A DNA stretch of 64,000 nt from Verrucomicrobiia bacterium. Lineage in GTDB: Bacteria > Verrucomicrobiota > Verrucomicrobiia > Palsa-1439. Where the stretch lies: assembly GCA_037441425.1 (NCBI GenBank), contig JBBISF010000001.1:69068-133067 (forward strand), written 5' to 3'. Below are positions 38,100 through 47,526 of this stretch, one piece after another. The translations under genes were made by a program, and so were the position numbers. Every line of letters starts with the position of its first letter. Positions within the stretch are counted from its first letter, which is position 1. The notes beneath the pieces were generated by a model. It ran no database searches, was not told the DNA's origin, and was given only the letters and a program-made list of their open reading frames with translations.

Positions 38100-39611
38100 T
38101 TGCCGGTCCGTTTGGGCAAGTTCTGTCAACGGGTAACGTCGCTTGTCTCTCAACCGGACCGCGACTACACTGCCGGTGTGAGTCCGCTGGAGAAAATCAA
38201 CGATTGGCTGTGGGAATTGCCAGCGGGGTACAAGTCGGGAATGCGGGTGCCGGGGCGGATTTATGCCTCGGAGAAAATGCTGGAGCACATCGTCGGCGAT
38301 AACTGCCTGGAACAGGTGGCGAATGTCGCGTTCTTGCCGGGGATCCAGAAGTATTCGCTGGCGATGCCGGATATTCATTGGGGGTACGGGTTTCCCATCG
38401 GCGGGTGTTGCGCGACCGATCCCCGGCAAGGCGGCGTGATTTCTCCGGGCGGGGTCGGGTACGACATCAACTGCGGGGTCCGGTTGATGCGGACGAATTT
38501 GACGCAGGCGGAGGTCGCGCCGCGGATCAAGGAATTGGTGGCGCAGTTGTTCCGCGATATTCCGTGCGGGCTGGGGCGCGGGAGCGATCTGCAGTTGACG
38601 GTGGAGGACGAGCGGAAATGCGTGCAGCAGGGCGCGCATTGGGCGGTGGAACATGGGTTCGGCAGCGCCGATGATCTGGATTTCATCGAGGAACGAGGCC
38701 GGTTGGCGGAGGCGGAGCCGTCGAACATCACCACCCGGGCGTTGGAACGCGGGAAAGGTCAACTCGGTTCGCTCGGCAGCGGGAATCATTTTCTGGAAGT
38801 GCAGGTGGTGGACGAAGTGTTCCACGCGGACGCCGCGGAGGTGATGGGGTTGGCGCAGGGACAGGTGACGGTGATGATTCATTGCGGGTCGCGCGGGTTT
38901 GGGTATCAGGTGTGCGACGATTATCTGAAGGTGTTGCGGGATGCGCCGCGCAAGTATGGGATTCATCTGCCCGACCGGCAATTGGTGAGCGCACCGGTGC
39001 ACTCACCGGAAGGCGAGGAGTATCTCACTTCAATGCGGTGCGCGGCGAATTATGCGTTTGCCAACCGGCAGGTGTTGATGGCCAAGGCGGAGAAGGCGTT
39101 CCGGCACGCGCTGCGGATTTCGCCGAAGGAACTGGGGATGGAATTGGTGTACGACGTGCCGCATAACATCGCGAAGTTGGAGGAGCATGGCGGGCGGACG
39201 GTGTGCGTCCACCGGAAAGGCGCGACGCGGGCGTTTCCGCCGGGGCATCCGCTGATTCCGGTGCGGTACCGGAGCATCGGGCAACCAGTGTTGGTGCCGG
39301 GGGATATGGGCCGGTATTCGTTTGTGCTGGTGGGAACGCAAGGCGCGATGGAACAAACGTGGGGCACGGTATGCCACGGCGCGGGCCGGATGATGAGCCG
39401 GGCGCGGGCGAAGAAGGAACACAGTTTCCAAGACCTGCAACGGACGATGGATGAACGCGGGGTGGTGATGATGGCCCAAGGGCGAGGGACGGCGTTGGAG
39501 GAGGCGCCGTGGGCGTATAAAGACGTGGAAAACGTGGTGGATGTTTGTCATAATGCCGGGCTGGCGAGGAAAGTGGCCCGCTTGCGGCCTATCGGCGTGG
39601 TGAAAGGTTAA
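38100..39611 (+). CDS. rtcB: RNA-splicing ligase RtcB (3'-phosphate/5'-hydroxyl nucleic acid ligase)
   Basis: AMPDIHWGYGFPIGG, GVGYDINCGVRL, GSGNHFLEVQ and HNIAKLEEH are the RtcB metal and GTP site motifs. Confidence 0.85.
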   Translation: MPVRLGKFCQRVTSLVSQPDRDYTAGVSPLEKINDWLWELPAGYKSGMRVPGRIYASEKMLEHIVGDNCLEQVANVAFLPGIQKYSLAMPDIHWGYGFPIGGCCATDPRQGGVISPGGVGYDINCGVRLMRTNLTQAEVAPRIKELVAQLFRDIPCGLGRGSDLQLTVEDERKCVQQGAHWAVEHGFGSADDLDFIEERGRLAEAEPSNITTRALERGKGQLGSLGSGNHFLEVQVVDEVFHADAAEVMGLAQGQVTVMIHCGSRGFGYQVCDDYLKVLRDAPRKYGIHLPDRQLVSAPVHSPEGEEYLTSMRCAANYAFANRQVLMAKAEKAFRHALRISPKELGMELVYDVPHNIAKLEEHGGRTVCVHRKGATRAFPPGHPLIPVRYRSIGQPVLVPGDMGRYSFVLVGTQGAMEQTWGTVCHGAGRMMSRARAKKEHSFQDLQRTMDERGVVMMAQGRGTALEEAPWAYKDVENVVDVCHNAGLARKVARLRPIGVVKG

Positions 39612-40255
39612 TGGATAGCACCGAAAAAATCCCCCTGAATATCGCGGTGGATGCGGCGTCCAAATCTGGTGATGAACGCGCCCGAGTGGAACCGTCGGAC
39701 CGCGAAGTGGTGGAGCGTTGCCAGCGGGGCGAACTCCGCGCCTATGAGTTGCTGGTCAACCGTTACCGGCAACGGGTCTATGCGCTGGCGTATGGCATGT
39801 TGCGCAACGAACCGGATGCCACCGATGTCGCCCAAGAAGCCTTCGTGCGCGCCTGGCAGGGCATCCGCCGCTTCCGCAAGAACGCGTCGTTCTACACGTG
39901 GATTTACCGGATCACCACCAATCTCTGTATTGATTTTGTCCGGAAACGAGATCGTCAGCCGACGACGACGTTCGAGGAAGCGCTGGGTCCTGACACCGAC
40001 GCGGACGTGGCGGAGCCACCCTCGACCAATCCACTGCCCACGCAAGAGGTGGAGCGCAAGGAATTGCGGGAACAGATTGACGCCGCGCTGGCCGAGCTTT
40101 CACCCGAGCATCGCGCCGTTGTGCAACTCCGGGAGTTTGAGGGACTGGAGTATGCCGAGATCGCCAAGGTGGTCGGCTGCTCCATCGGCACGGTCATGTC
40201 GCGACTGCATTACGCGCGGAAACATTTACAGAAACTGTTGAAGGACGACTTATGA
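39611..40255 (+). CDS. ECF-family RNA polymerase sigma factor (sigma-E-like)
   Basis: Region 2 YRQRVYALAYGMLRNEPDATDVAQEAFVRAW and region 4 EFEGLEYAEIAKVVGCSIGTVMSRL. The ATG overlaps the rtcB TAA (TAATG). Confidence 0.85.
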   Translation: MDSTEKIPLNIAVDAASKSGDERARVEPSDREVVERCQRGELRAYELLVNRYRQRVYALAYGMLRNEPDATDVAQEAFVRAWQGIRRFRKNASFYTWIYRITTNLCIDFVRKRDRQPTTTFEEALGPDTDADVAEPPSTNPLPTQEVERKELREQIDAALAELSPEHRAVVQLREFEGLEYAEIAKVVGCSIGTVMSRLHYARKHLQKLLKDDL

Positions 40256-40815
40256 AGGTGCATCAATCCAAATACCTGAGCGCGTTGCTCGACGGCCAAC
40301 TCGGCGGCCTGCGGCGGTGGCGCGTGGTGCGGCACGTCCGCGTCTGCCCGACTTGCGCCGCGGAATATCGCAAGCAGCGGCACGTCCGCCGGCTGTTGCG
40401 GGCCAACCCGGCGCCGGCGACCATGGACGATGCGCCGGAGTTTTTCTGGTCGAAAGTCAAAGCGGAGATCGAACGGCGCGGTGATGAGGTCGTCGCCACG
40501 CCGTATCCCCGGCTGAGTTGGCGCGACCGGCTCTCCCAACATCAAGCCGCATGGGCGACGGTAACCGTGTTGCTGGTGGCGTTGCTGGCCGGGTTCTGGA
40601 CATGGCGGCCCCCCCGGCCAATTGCCGGCAAGGCGCCTGTCGCGGCGGCAAAACCGCTGGCCGTCGTGGAGCGCGTGACGACCTCGTTGCCCGACACTGT
40701 CGCGACCCCGATTCAGTCCAAGGAAGCCGGCATGACGGTGATCTGGGTTTCCGGCCTGCCGTGGACACCCAACATGACCGTCATGAAAACCCTCTACGCC
40801 AGCCTGGATTCCTGA
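40252..40815 (+). CDS. anti-sigma factor (zinc-finger ZAS-like, single TM)
   Basis: ATGA overlap with the sigma gene. Motif HVRVCPTCAAEYRKQRH. TM helix AAWATVTVLLVALLAGFWTW. Confidence 0.7.
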   Translation: MKVHQSKYLSALLDGQLGGLRRWRVVRHVRVCPTCAAEYRKQRHVRRLLRANPAPATMDDAPEFFWSKVKAEIERRGDEVVATPYPRLSWRDRLSQHQAAWATVTVLLVALLAGFWTWRPPRPIAGKAPVAAAKPLAVVERVTTSLPDTVATPIQSKEAGMTVIWVSGLPWTPNMTVMKTLYASLDS

Positions 40816-40818
40816 CCT

Positions 40819-41241
40819 ATGCGTTGGCCGATCCTGGCAATCTCGTTGCTGCTGCTGGCCGCCACCACCGAGGCCGCTTCCGTTCGCGTCCGCCTCATTC
40901 GCGCTTCCAATCAAGAGGCCGTTAGCGATCCCAGACTCGACGATATCGCCCCTAAACTGAAAGCTGTTTTTGGGTACACGCATTACGATCAACAGGGGAT
41001 TGCCCACGGCATTCTCCAACAAGGCAAACGCCTCAGGCTTTACCCGGGCGAAGGATTTACCCTGTTTGTGCGCCCCAAAAGCGCGGCCGGGAAAGTCCAC
41101 GAACTGGAAGTCGAGTTGTACTCCGGCAAGGTTTCCGTCACCAAAGCCACCGTCAAGATCGCCGAGAACAGTTCCATTCTCATCAATGGCCCAGAAGTCG
41201 GCGCAACGTTGATCATCATTTCCATGACCGTCTTGGAATGA
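40819..41241 (+). CDS. secreted hypothetical protein (third gene of the ECF operon)
   Basis: Signal peptide MRWPILAISLLLLAATTEAAS. It starts 4 nt after the anti-sigma gene stop. Confidence 0.5.
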   Translation: MRWPILAISLLLLAATTEAASVRVRLIRASNQEAVSDPRLDDIAPKLKAVFGYTHYDQQGIAHGILQQGKRLRLYPGEGFTLFVRPKSAAGKVHELEVELYSGKVSVTKATVKIAENSSILINGPEVGATLIIISMTVLE

Positions 41242-41290
41242 TCGTGGCCGGCATTGACAAGCCGCCCACCCCGCCCCTACTCTGCCCGGC

Positions 41291-41734
41291 ATGTTGAACG
41301 ACAAAATCGTCGCGGACCTGAAAGCCGCCATGCTCGCCAAAGACGCCCCGCGTCTGGCCACGTTGCGCCTGCTCAAATCGGCCATCGAATACTACAAGAT
41401 CGAAAAGAAACAGGAACAGCTCACCGACGCCGACGTGACCGCCGTCATCAAGAAACAGATCAAACAACGGCAGGATTCCATCGAAAGTTTCGAGAAGGGC
41501 GGGCGCGCCGATTTGGCCGACAAGGAGAAGGCCGAGTTGGCGATTCTCAAGTCGTACCTACCGGAAGAACTCGCGCCGGCCCAGATTGAAGAAATCATCG
41601 CTGCCACCATCACCGCGCTGGGCGCCACCACCAAGGCGGACATGGGCAAGGTGATGAACGCCGTCCAAACCAAGCTTGCCGGCCGTGCGGACAACCGACT
41701 CGTCAGCCAAATCGTCGCCGCCAAGCTCATCTAG
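41291..41734 (+). CDS. GatB/YqeY domain protein
   Basis: ADLKAAMLAKDAPRLATLRLLKSAIEYYKIEKK...LAILKSYLPEEL is a YqeY signature. Confidence 0.8.
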   Translation: MLNDKIVADLKAAMLAKDAPRLATLRLLKSAIEYYKIEKKQEQLTDADVTAVIKKQIKQRQDSIESFEKGGRADLADKEKAELAILKSYLPEELAPAQIEEIIAATITALGATTKADMGKVMNAVQTKLAGRADNRLVSQIVAAKLI

Positions 41735-41782
41735 ATCGTTGTGGTTCGGCGCGCTGTTGGTGCCCTGCTACACGGAATCACT

Positions 41783-41928
41783 GTCACACCGGCTGTCACA
41801 AACTTTAGTCGCAAACGGTCACAGTATGTCATCGCCTGTCACGGCAAGTGTCGGGGCAAAGGTCGTGGAAATGCCTGTGAACGTTGGTCAAGGTCACGGC
41901 TTGTCGCCGTGTGTCACGAATGGTGACA
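41783..41928. repeat. array of at least 6 [T/G]GTCAC[G/A] direct repeats ending in a TGTCAC-N5-GTGACA inverted repeat
   Basis: TGTCAC occurs at 41783, 41795, 41837 and 41913. GGTCAC occurs at 41817 and 41893. GTGACA occurs at 41923. The core matches the tRNA-Asp anticodon-arm sequence CTGTCACGG. Confidence 0.5.
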
Positions 41929-41938
41929 ATGGGGAAAT

Positions 41939-42016
41939 TGGCGGGAGTGACGGGGCTCGAACCCGCAACCTCTGCCGTGACAGGGCAGCGCTCTGAACCA
42001 GTTGAGCTACACCCCC
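41939..42016 (-). tRNA. tRNA-Asp (anticodon GTC), CCA encoded
   Basis: The reverse complement folds as a cloverleaf. Acceptor GGGGGTG/CACTCCC, D stem GCTC/GAGC, anticodon stem CTGCC/GGCAG, loop CTGTCAC, T loop TTCGAGC, then GCCA. Confidence 0.9.
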
Positions 42017-42108
42017 GACCGCCGAGGGCGGAAATGCGAATGTCAAAAACCGAAAGTCGAAACCAACTTGTTTCGAATTCCGAAATTCGGACTTCGTGCT
42101 TTCCTTCA

Positions 42109-42185
42109 TGGTGGGCGCTAAAGGACTCGAACCTTTGACCCCCTCGGTGTAAACGAGGTGCTCTGGCCAACTGAGCTAAGCGCCC
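42109..42185 (-). tRNA. tRNA-Val (anticodon TAC), CCA encoded
   Basis: Acceptor GGGCGCT/AGCGCCC, D stem GCTC/GAGC, anticodon stem CCTCG/CGAGG, loop TTTACAC, T loop TTCGAGT, then ACCA. Confidence 0.9.
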
Positions 42186-42293
42186 AACGCGCGGTATGGT
42201 TACAGGCATTCCCCCCGCTTGTCAACGCGTTGGTTGGGGTTGTCAGCGCGCCCGGTTCCCGTATATTACCTTGTTGCACGAGAGGAGGACGGC

Positions 42294-43139
42294 ATGTATC
42301 CCATAATCTTGCTCGGCACGGATGGATCAGCAACGGCCACGGCGGCCACGCAGTACGCCGTGACCTTGGCCCGCCAACTCCAAGCCCAGTTGCGGGCGCT
42401 TTACGTGACCGATATCCGGATTCTCGAAGGCCCGTTGCTGACCGGCATTTCCGGAGCCCTCGGCGCGCCACCCTATTCCGCCTTGTTGCCCAAGCTGCAA
42501 GAGATTCAACGCGCGAAGGCCGCCGCCATCTTGGGCGCCGTCGCCCAGCAGGCCCGGGCGGCCAGGGTCTCCTGCAAAACGGCCCATGAAACCGGCGGGC
42601 TGGTGAACGTGCTGCTCGATTACGAAAAGGAAGCCGATTTGGTCGTGCTCGGTCAACGCGGTGAGCACGCCCAATGGACCGGCAATATGCTCGGCTCCAG
42701 CGTCGAACGCCTGCTGCGCGCGTCGGTCAAACCCTGCCTCGTCACCCCGGCCCAGTTTCGTGAGTTGCACTCCTTGTTGCTCGCCTACGACGGCAGCGGT
42801 GAGTCGCGGAAAGCGCTCCAAACCGGGATCAATCTTGCCGACGCGCTCAAGGCGGAATTGACGATCCTGACTGTTTGCCAAGGCGAAACCGAGGACAACG
42901 CCTCCAGGTTTCTCAAAGAAGCGCTGGACCAAGCCCGGAGCCGCAGTCTTTCCGCCCACGCCCAACTCGCCCACGGCAACCCGGAAACCGAAATCCTCAC
43001 GTGGGCCGCCAAACTCGACGCCGACCTGATCGTCATGGGCGCCTACGGGCACACCCGCATCCGGGAATTCATTCTCGGTTCGGCCACCGCTCACGTTCTG
43101 CATAAAGCTCAAGTACCGGTATTGCTGGCGCGCGGATGA
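42294..43139 (+). CDS. tandem universal stress protein (two UspA domains)
   Basis: GAGGAGGA precedes the ATG at 42294. Two repeats of the ILLGTDGS...VVLG...GS Usp fold, each with the G-x2-G-x9-G(S/T) ATP motif. Confidence 0.8.
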   Translation: MYPIILLGTDGSATATAATQYAVTLARQLQAQLRALYVTDIRILEGPLLTGISGALGAPPYSALLPKLQEIQRAKAAAILGAVAQQARAARVSCKTAHETGGLVNVLLDYEKEADLVVLGQRGEHAQWTGNMLGSSVERLLRASVKPCLVTPAQFRELHSLLLAYDGSGESRKALQTGINLADALKAELTILTVCQGETEDNASRFLKEALDQARSRSLSAHAQLAHGNPETEILTWAAKLDADLIVMGAYGHTRIREFILGSATAHVLHKAQVPVLLARG

Positions 43140-43350
43140 AAGCAATGCTGCTCCCCCAACCGGCGGCGGTGGAAACCGCGCCGTTGCCAATCATTCCCGG
43201 ACATCAGATCGTGGGGGTGGACGAAAAGTCCGGGCAACGAGTTGGCGTTCCGTGACTGCATCGGACTTGTGGAAAATGTGATTTCTGTCGCCGCGCGCGG
43301 CGCGGCGGTGTTGTTGGTGTGATAACCGGGGTGTGCTACTATCCGCGCCC

Positions 43351-44487
43351 ATGCGAGTTGGGCGCATTCGGTTTGACCGCAACGAGCTAGCGGGCGCGTT
43401 TGGCGACATCGGGACGGACCTGCCGTTGCTGGTCGGCGTGATTTTGGCGGCGCGATTGGATTGCGCCAGCGCGCTCATTCTGTTTGGTTCGATGCAGATT
43501 CTCAGCGGGTTGGTGTACGGCCTGCCGATGCCGGTCCAGCCGCTCAAAGCGATGGCGGCCATCGTGATCGCGCAGAAGTTGAGCGGCAACGTTCTGTTCG
43601 GCGGCGGGCTGGCCATCGGCGTGATCATGTTCCTGCTGACGGTGACCGGGTTGATTGACTGGTTGGGGCGGGTGGTGCCGAAAACGGTCATTCGCGGCAT
43701 TCAATTTGGGCTGGGACTGCAACTGGCGATGTTGGCCGTGAAAGACTACGTGCGGGCGGATGGCGCGACTGGTTACGCATTAGCCGGGACCGGAGTGGTC
43801 ATCATTGTTCTGCTGTTGGGCAATCGCCGGTTTCCGGCCGCGTTGTTTGTGCTGGCGGTCGGCGCGGTGTACGCCGCCGTGTTCAAGTTGCATTTCGGCG
43901 CGGTGCGCGACGGGATTGGATTTCGGTTGCCGGAATTCCACGCGCCGACTTGGGACGCCATTCTGACTGGATTGGTCGTGCTGACAATTCCCCAGATTCC
44001 GTTGTCGCTCGGCAACTCGATTCTGGCCACCCGCCAGATTGCGGAGGACTACTTCCCGGACCAAAAACTGACGGTGCGCCGGATCGGTTTCACCTACTCG
44101 TTGATGAATCTGATCAACCCGTGGTTTGGCGGCATCCCGACCTGCCACGGTTCGGGCGGCATGGCGGGGCATTACACGTTCGGCGCGCGCACGGGCGGCT
44201 CAGTGGTCATCTACGGCAGTATGTACGTTCTACTCGGAGCGTTTTTCAGCGGCAGCTTCGGTTACTTGATTGACGTGTTTCCCAAACCGATTCTCGGCGT
44301 CATCCTCGCGTTTGAAGGACTCGCGTTGCTGCTGCTTGTGCGCGACATCGCCGGCTCGAAGCGCGATTTGTTGGTGGCGCTGCTGGTTGGATTGATGGCG
44401 GCCGGACTGCCGTACGGTTACGCGGTAGGGTTGCTTGCCGGCTGTGCCTTGGTGTATTTGTGGCGCGGCCGTGAAGAACTGAAATGA
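43351..44487 (+). CDS. MOT1-family (SulP-related) putative molybdate/sulfate transporter
   Basis: ELAGAFGDIGTDLPLLVGV resembles the MOT1 FGDLGT motif. About 10 TM helices. Confidence 0.6.
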   Translation: MRVGRIRFDRNELAGAFGDIGTDLPLLVGVILAARLDCASALILFGSMQILSGLVYGLPMPVQPLKAMAAIVIAQKLSGNVLFGGGLAIGVIMFLLTVTGLIDWLGRVVPKTVIRGIQFGLGLQLAMLAVKDYVRADGATGYALAGTGVVIIVLLLGNRRFPAALFVLAVGAVYAAVFKLHFGAVRDGIGFRLPEFHAPTWDAILTGLVVLTIPQIPLSLGNSILATRQIAEDYFPDQKLTVRRIGFTYSLMNLINPWFGGIPTCHGSGGMAGHYTFGARTGGSVVIYGSMYVLLGAFFSGSFGYLIDVFPKPILGVILAFEGLALLLLVRDIAGSKRDLLVALLVGLMAAGLPYGYAVGLLAGCALVYLWRGREELK

Positions 44488-45236
44488 AACCCATCATCGG
44501 TATTGTACCGGAGTCCATCACGCTGAAACACCGGTGGGATGGACACGGCTCATTTTGCGGTTCGTCGTACTCGCACGCGATCGAACTGGCTGGCGGCCGA
44601 CCGCTGGTGTTGCCGCTGACCTGCAACCATGACTTGCTGAATCAATTTCTGGATATGTGCGGCGGGCTGCTGTTGATCGGCGGCGGCGATGTCAATCCCG
44701 CCCGGTACGGCGCCCGGCTGTGCCCGGCGGAAAAGAACAAACTCTGGGGCGTGGATGATCAACGCGACGAGATGGAAATTTATCTTTGCCGGCGGGCGGT
44801 GGAGCGTGACTGGCCGGTACTGGGTGTTTGCCGGGGCATTCAACTCCTGAACGTCGCGTACGGCGGGACGCTTTTGCCGCACATCACCGGCCACAGCGTG
44901 CGGCAGACGGACGCACTGGCGCACCGGCTCGAGTGGGCGTCCCCGCAACAATTGCCGGTCTGCCGATGGGTCAACACCAGCCATCATCAAGCGGTGGATC
45001 GCGTGGCGCCGGGGTTCAACGTCGTCGCCCGCGCGCCGGATGGGATCATCGAAGCCATCGAGAAACCGGACGCGCGGTTCTGCTGCGCCGTGCAATTTCA
45101 CCCGGAGCGACTCTTGAAAAAATCGTCGGCCTGCCGGCAGTTGTTTATCGCGCTGGTCAAAGCCAGCGGGCGAGATTCTCGCGGTTCTTGGCGTACAAGT
45201 AGGCGAGCACTAGCAGGATCACGCCGAGCACGATGA
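44484..45236 (+). CDS. class I glutamine amidotransferase-like peptidase C26 (gamma-glutamyl-GABA hydrolase PuuD family)
   Basis: ATGA overlap with the transporter. Catalytic triad region GVCRGIQLLNVAYGG and SHHQAV. Confidence 0.8.
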   Translation: MKPIIGIVPESITLKHRWDGHGSFCGSSYSHAIELAGGRPLVLPLTCNHDLLNQFLDMCGGLLLIGGGDVNPARYGARLCPAEKNKLWGVDDQRDEMEIYLCRRAVERDWPVLGVCRGIQLLNVAYGGTLLPHITGHSVRQTDALAHRLEWASPQQLPVCRWVNTSHHQAVDRVAPGFNVVARAPDGIIEAIEKPDARFCCAVQFHPERLLKKSSACRQLFIALVKASGRDSRGSWRTSRRALAGSRRAR

Positions 45237-47526
45237 ACGATAGAATCCGGTGGGGCGTGCTCATCTGGCGCAGATCGTAAAAGAGCACCCGCAACAGCGC
45301 GCCGCCCAGCGCGACGAGTCCCCCGATCCGATACGGTCGCTCTTTGGTGGCGAAGCCGACGATCAGAAACGCAAACCCGCACACGGCCCAGCCCAGAGAC
45401 AAAGACGATGGGTCCACGAGATGGTAGGTGGCGAACACCGCTTCGGCGGTCATCAAACCGATCAGCCCGGCGCCCGTCCAACGCAAGGCCGTCTCGCTCA
45501 GACGCAACCGGTGACCGCGCCACTCGATCAGGTTCTCGACGCCGCCCAGAATCCATAAACTGCACGCCAGATTCACCCAGGCGTAATACCGGGAATCAAA
45601 CTCGCCCCGGTAATCGCCCAAGTATTTCAAAAGCCCCGCCACCCCGGCCGCCACGCCGAGCCAAAAAAACGTCCGCTCCCGCACGACAATCCCGGCCCCG
45701 GCCAGCAACGCAGTCTCCATCGCAAACGCCGTCAACCGCCAGTGAACGGGGCAGTACTCTACCGTTGTCATGACCGCGACGATCATCGCCGCAATCCCGT
45801 AAGGCAGCAGGATGCTCCGCTCACTCACCGGTCGGTCTTCGGTTTCTTGCGTACGTTCCCGGCCCCAAGCCACTAGCCCGAATCCCAGCAAGACGGCGAT
45901 CAGCCCGAGCGACGGGTCCAGCGGCCAGAATCGATCATCCGCCGCCGTACCCATGAATTTCAGAAACGCCCACGCCACCGGCAAGTGCGCCGCCCACACG
46001 ATCTCCCGGATGCGGAGCAAGCCGCCGAGGCCGGCAATCAGGATTGCCTCCGCCAACCAGACCCAGCGCAAGGCGGCAGGCGAGAATTGGTTGTTGGCAA
46101 CAAACATGGCGAGGATTGTGGCGAGAGCCGAGAAAAATTGTGCACTGACCGATCCGCAACCTTCCACGCGGGCGGCAATCAATCCGACTGCGCTGGCGAA
46201 CCATCCGGCCCAGATCATCCGGTTGTCTCCACCCGGCAATTTATCGAGGGTGACGAGGAAGGCGAAGAGATACGCCGCCCGCCCAACCCATGCCACGCCG
46301 CGTGACTGAACGGCGCGCGCCAGCCACAGCAACAACAAACTCTCCACCGCGAGCGCGGCGACGAGTTGGACGCCTTTGAAATAATCCATGACCCCCAACG
46401 TGACGATGATGATCCCCTGCAGAAAGAGTAGATCCATCGGGCCGCGGTCGGGCGCGAACCGTTGGTGCGCCACGGCCGCGGTGATGAGTAGGAGACTGCC
46501 GAAGCTAAACAGGAATACCCATTGCCGGCTGGAGTAAGCGTGTTGCATCAGCAGCGCAAACAGGATGAAGAAGAACGCGTTATTGAGCGTCAGCAGCCCC
46601 TTGCGTTCCGGCAACTCCAGCGCGTCGCGGCGCGCGAGCAACCCGCCGACCGCAAACACCACCCAGTACAACGCGAGGAACGCGGCCCGCAGCCGGAAAT
46701 CCCCGGCGCTGAGATAGTCCCGGTCGAACAACAGCCGGCCCAGATCCATATGGCGATTCAGTTGCCAGACCCACAGCATGTAGGCCAGATACGTGGCCAG
46801 CACCGCGAGATAGGAGATGTGAACCCACCGGTTGCGCCACAGAAAGAACATCGCCGCCAGCGCCAGCACCGCGTTGGCCGCCAGCGTGAATGGGGCGACA
46901 TCGCTGATGATCGTCGTGTAGTAGCCGAAAAACAGTGCCATCCCGGCCAGCAGCGCGGATTGCCGGGCTTGGGCAATCACGATGATCACGCACACGACCA
47001 CCGACAGCAGGGCGATGGCGAGCGGCGGACTTTGAATCACGCGCAGCGCCGGCACGTGATGCGCGGCGTACGTCACGAAGTACGCCAGCGCCAGCCCGCC
47101 GGCGAACAACACGCGCGCCAGATACGTCATCCGCTTCTCCAACCACCGGCCCAGCACGCACAAGACCCCGCAGCAAGCGTAGCTCAGCGCGACCTTTTGC
47201 GACGCGGTCAGGCGGGGAAAATAGTACGCTGCAAAAAACGCCATCCCGGTCAGCAACAGCGCCATTCCGATCCGTGGCAGCCACACCGTGCCCAACCGGA
47301 CTTCGAAGGATTCCTGGGGAGGAATGGACAAAGGCGGCGGGGCGGCGATGAGCGGCGGGGTTTCTGGAGGGCGCGGCGCCTGCCGCGCCACCGGCGAGAC
47401 CGGCAAGGGCGGCGGCTGAGGCGCGGGTGTTGCGACTTGCTCCAATCGCCGGCTGACATCCTCCAGCTTCTCGTGGAGCTGGCGAATCTCTTCGCGCAAC
47501 TGCTGGATTTCGTGCTGGTCGCTCAT
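45157..47526 (-). CDS. DUF2339-like large polytopic membrane protein with N-terminal coiled coil and Pro-rich linker
   Basis: MSDQHEIQQLREEIRQLHEKLEDVSRRLEQV, then PAPQPPPLPVSP, then about 20 TM helices. Its 3' end overlaps the convergent C26 gene by about 80 nt. Confidence 0.55.
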   Translation of the reverse strand: MSDQHEIQQLREEIRQLHEKLEDVSRRLEQVATPAPQPPPLPVSPVARQAPRPPETPPLIAAPPPLSIPPQESFEVRLGTVWLPRIGMALLLTGMAFFAAYYFPRLTASQKVALSYACCGVLCVLGRWLEKRMTYLARVLFAGGLALAYFVTYAAHHVPALRVIQSPPLAIALLSVVVCVIIVIAQARQSALLAGMALFFGYYTTIISDVAPFTLAANAVLALAAMFFLWRNRWVHISYLAVLATYLAYMLWVWQLNRHMDLGRLLFDRDYLSAGDFRLRAAFLALYWVVFAVGGLLARRDALELPERKGLLTLNNAFFFILFALLMQHAYSSRQWVFLFSFGSLLLITAAVAHQRFAPDRGPMDLLFLQGIIIVTLGVMDYFKGVQLVAALAVESLLLLWLARAVQSRGVAWVGRAAYLFAFLVTLDKLPGGDNRMIWAGWFASAVGLIAARVEGCGSVSAQFFSALATILAMFVANNQFSPAALRWVWLAEAILIAGLGGLLRIREIVWAAHLPVAWAFLKFMGTAADDRFWPLDPSLGLIAVLLGFGLVAWGRERTQETEDRPVSERSILLPYGIAAMIVAVMTTVEYCPVHWRLTAFAMETALLAGAGIVVRERTFFWLGVAAGVAGLLKYLGDYRGEFDSRYYAWVNLACSLWILGGVENLIEWRGHRLRLSETALRWTGAGLIGLMTAEAVFATYHLVDPSSLSLGWAVCGFAFLIVGFATKERPYRIGGLVALGGALLRVLFYDLRQMSTPHRILSFIVLGVILLVLAYLYAKNRENLARWL

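Noticed and set aside
38097-39002. 301-aa ORF on the minus strand
   Set aside because: It is antisense to rtcB.
40210-41385. 391-aa ORF on the minus strand
   Set aside because: It is antisense to the anti-sigma and secreted-protein genes. It is Gly/Arg-rich, while the sense genes form a coherent overlapped operon.
41741-42190. Integrated mobile element or genomic island at the tRNA-Asp/tRNA-Val locus
   Set aside because: There is no integrase, no direct-repeat duplication of the tRNA 3' end, and neighbouring genes are housekeeping. The repeats are kept only as an unexplained motif array.
42327-43190. 287-aa ORF on the minus strand
   Set aside because: It is antisense to the tandem Usp gene.
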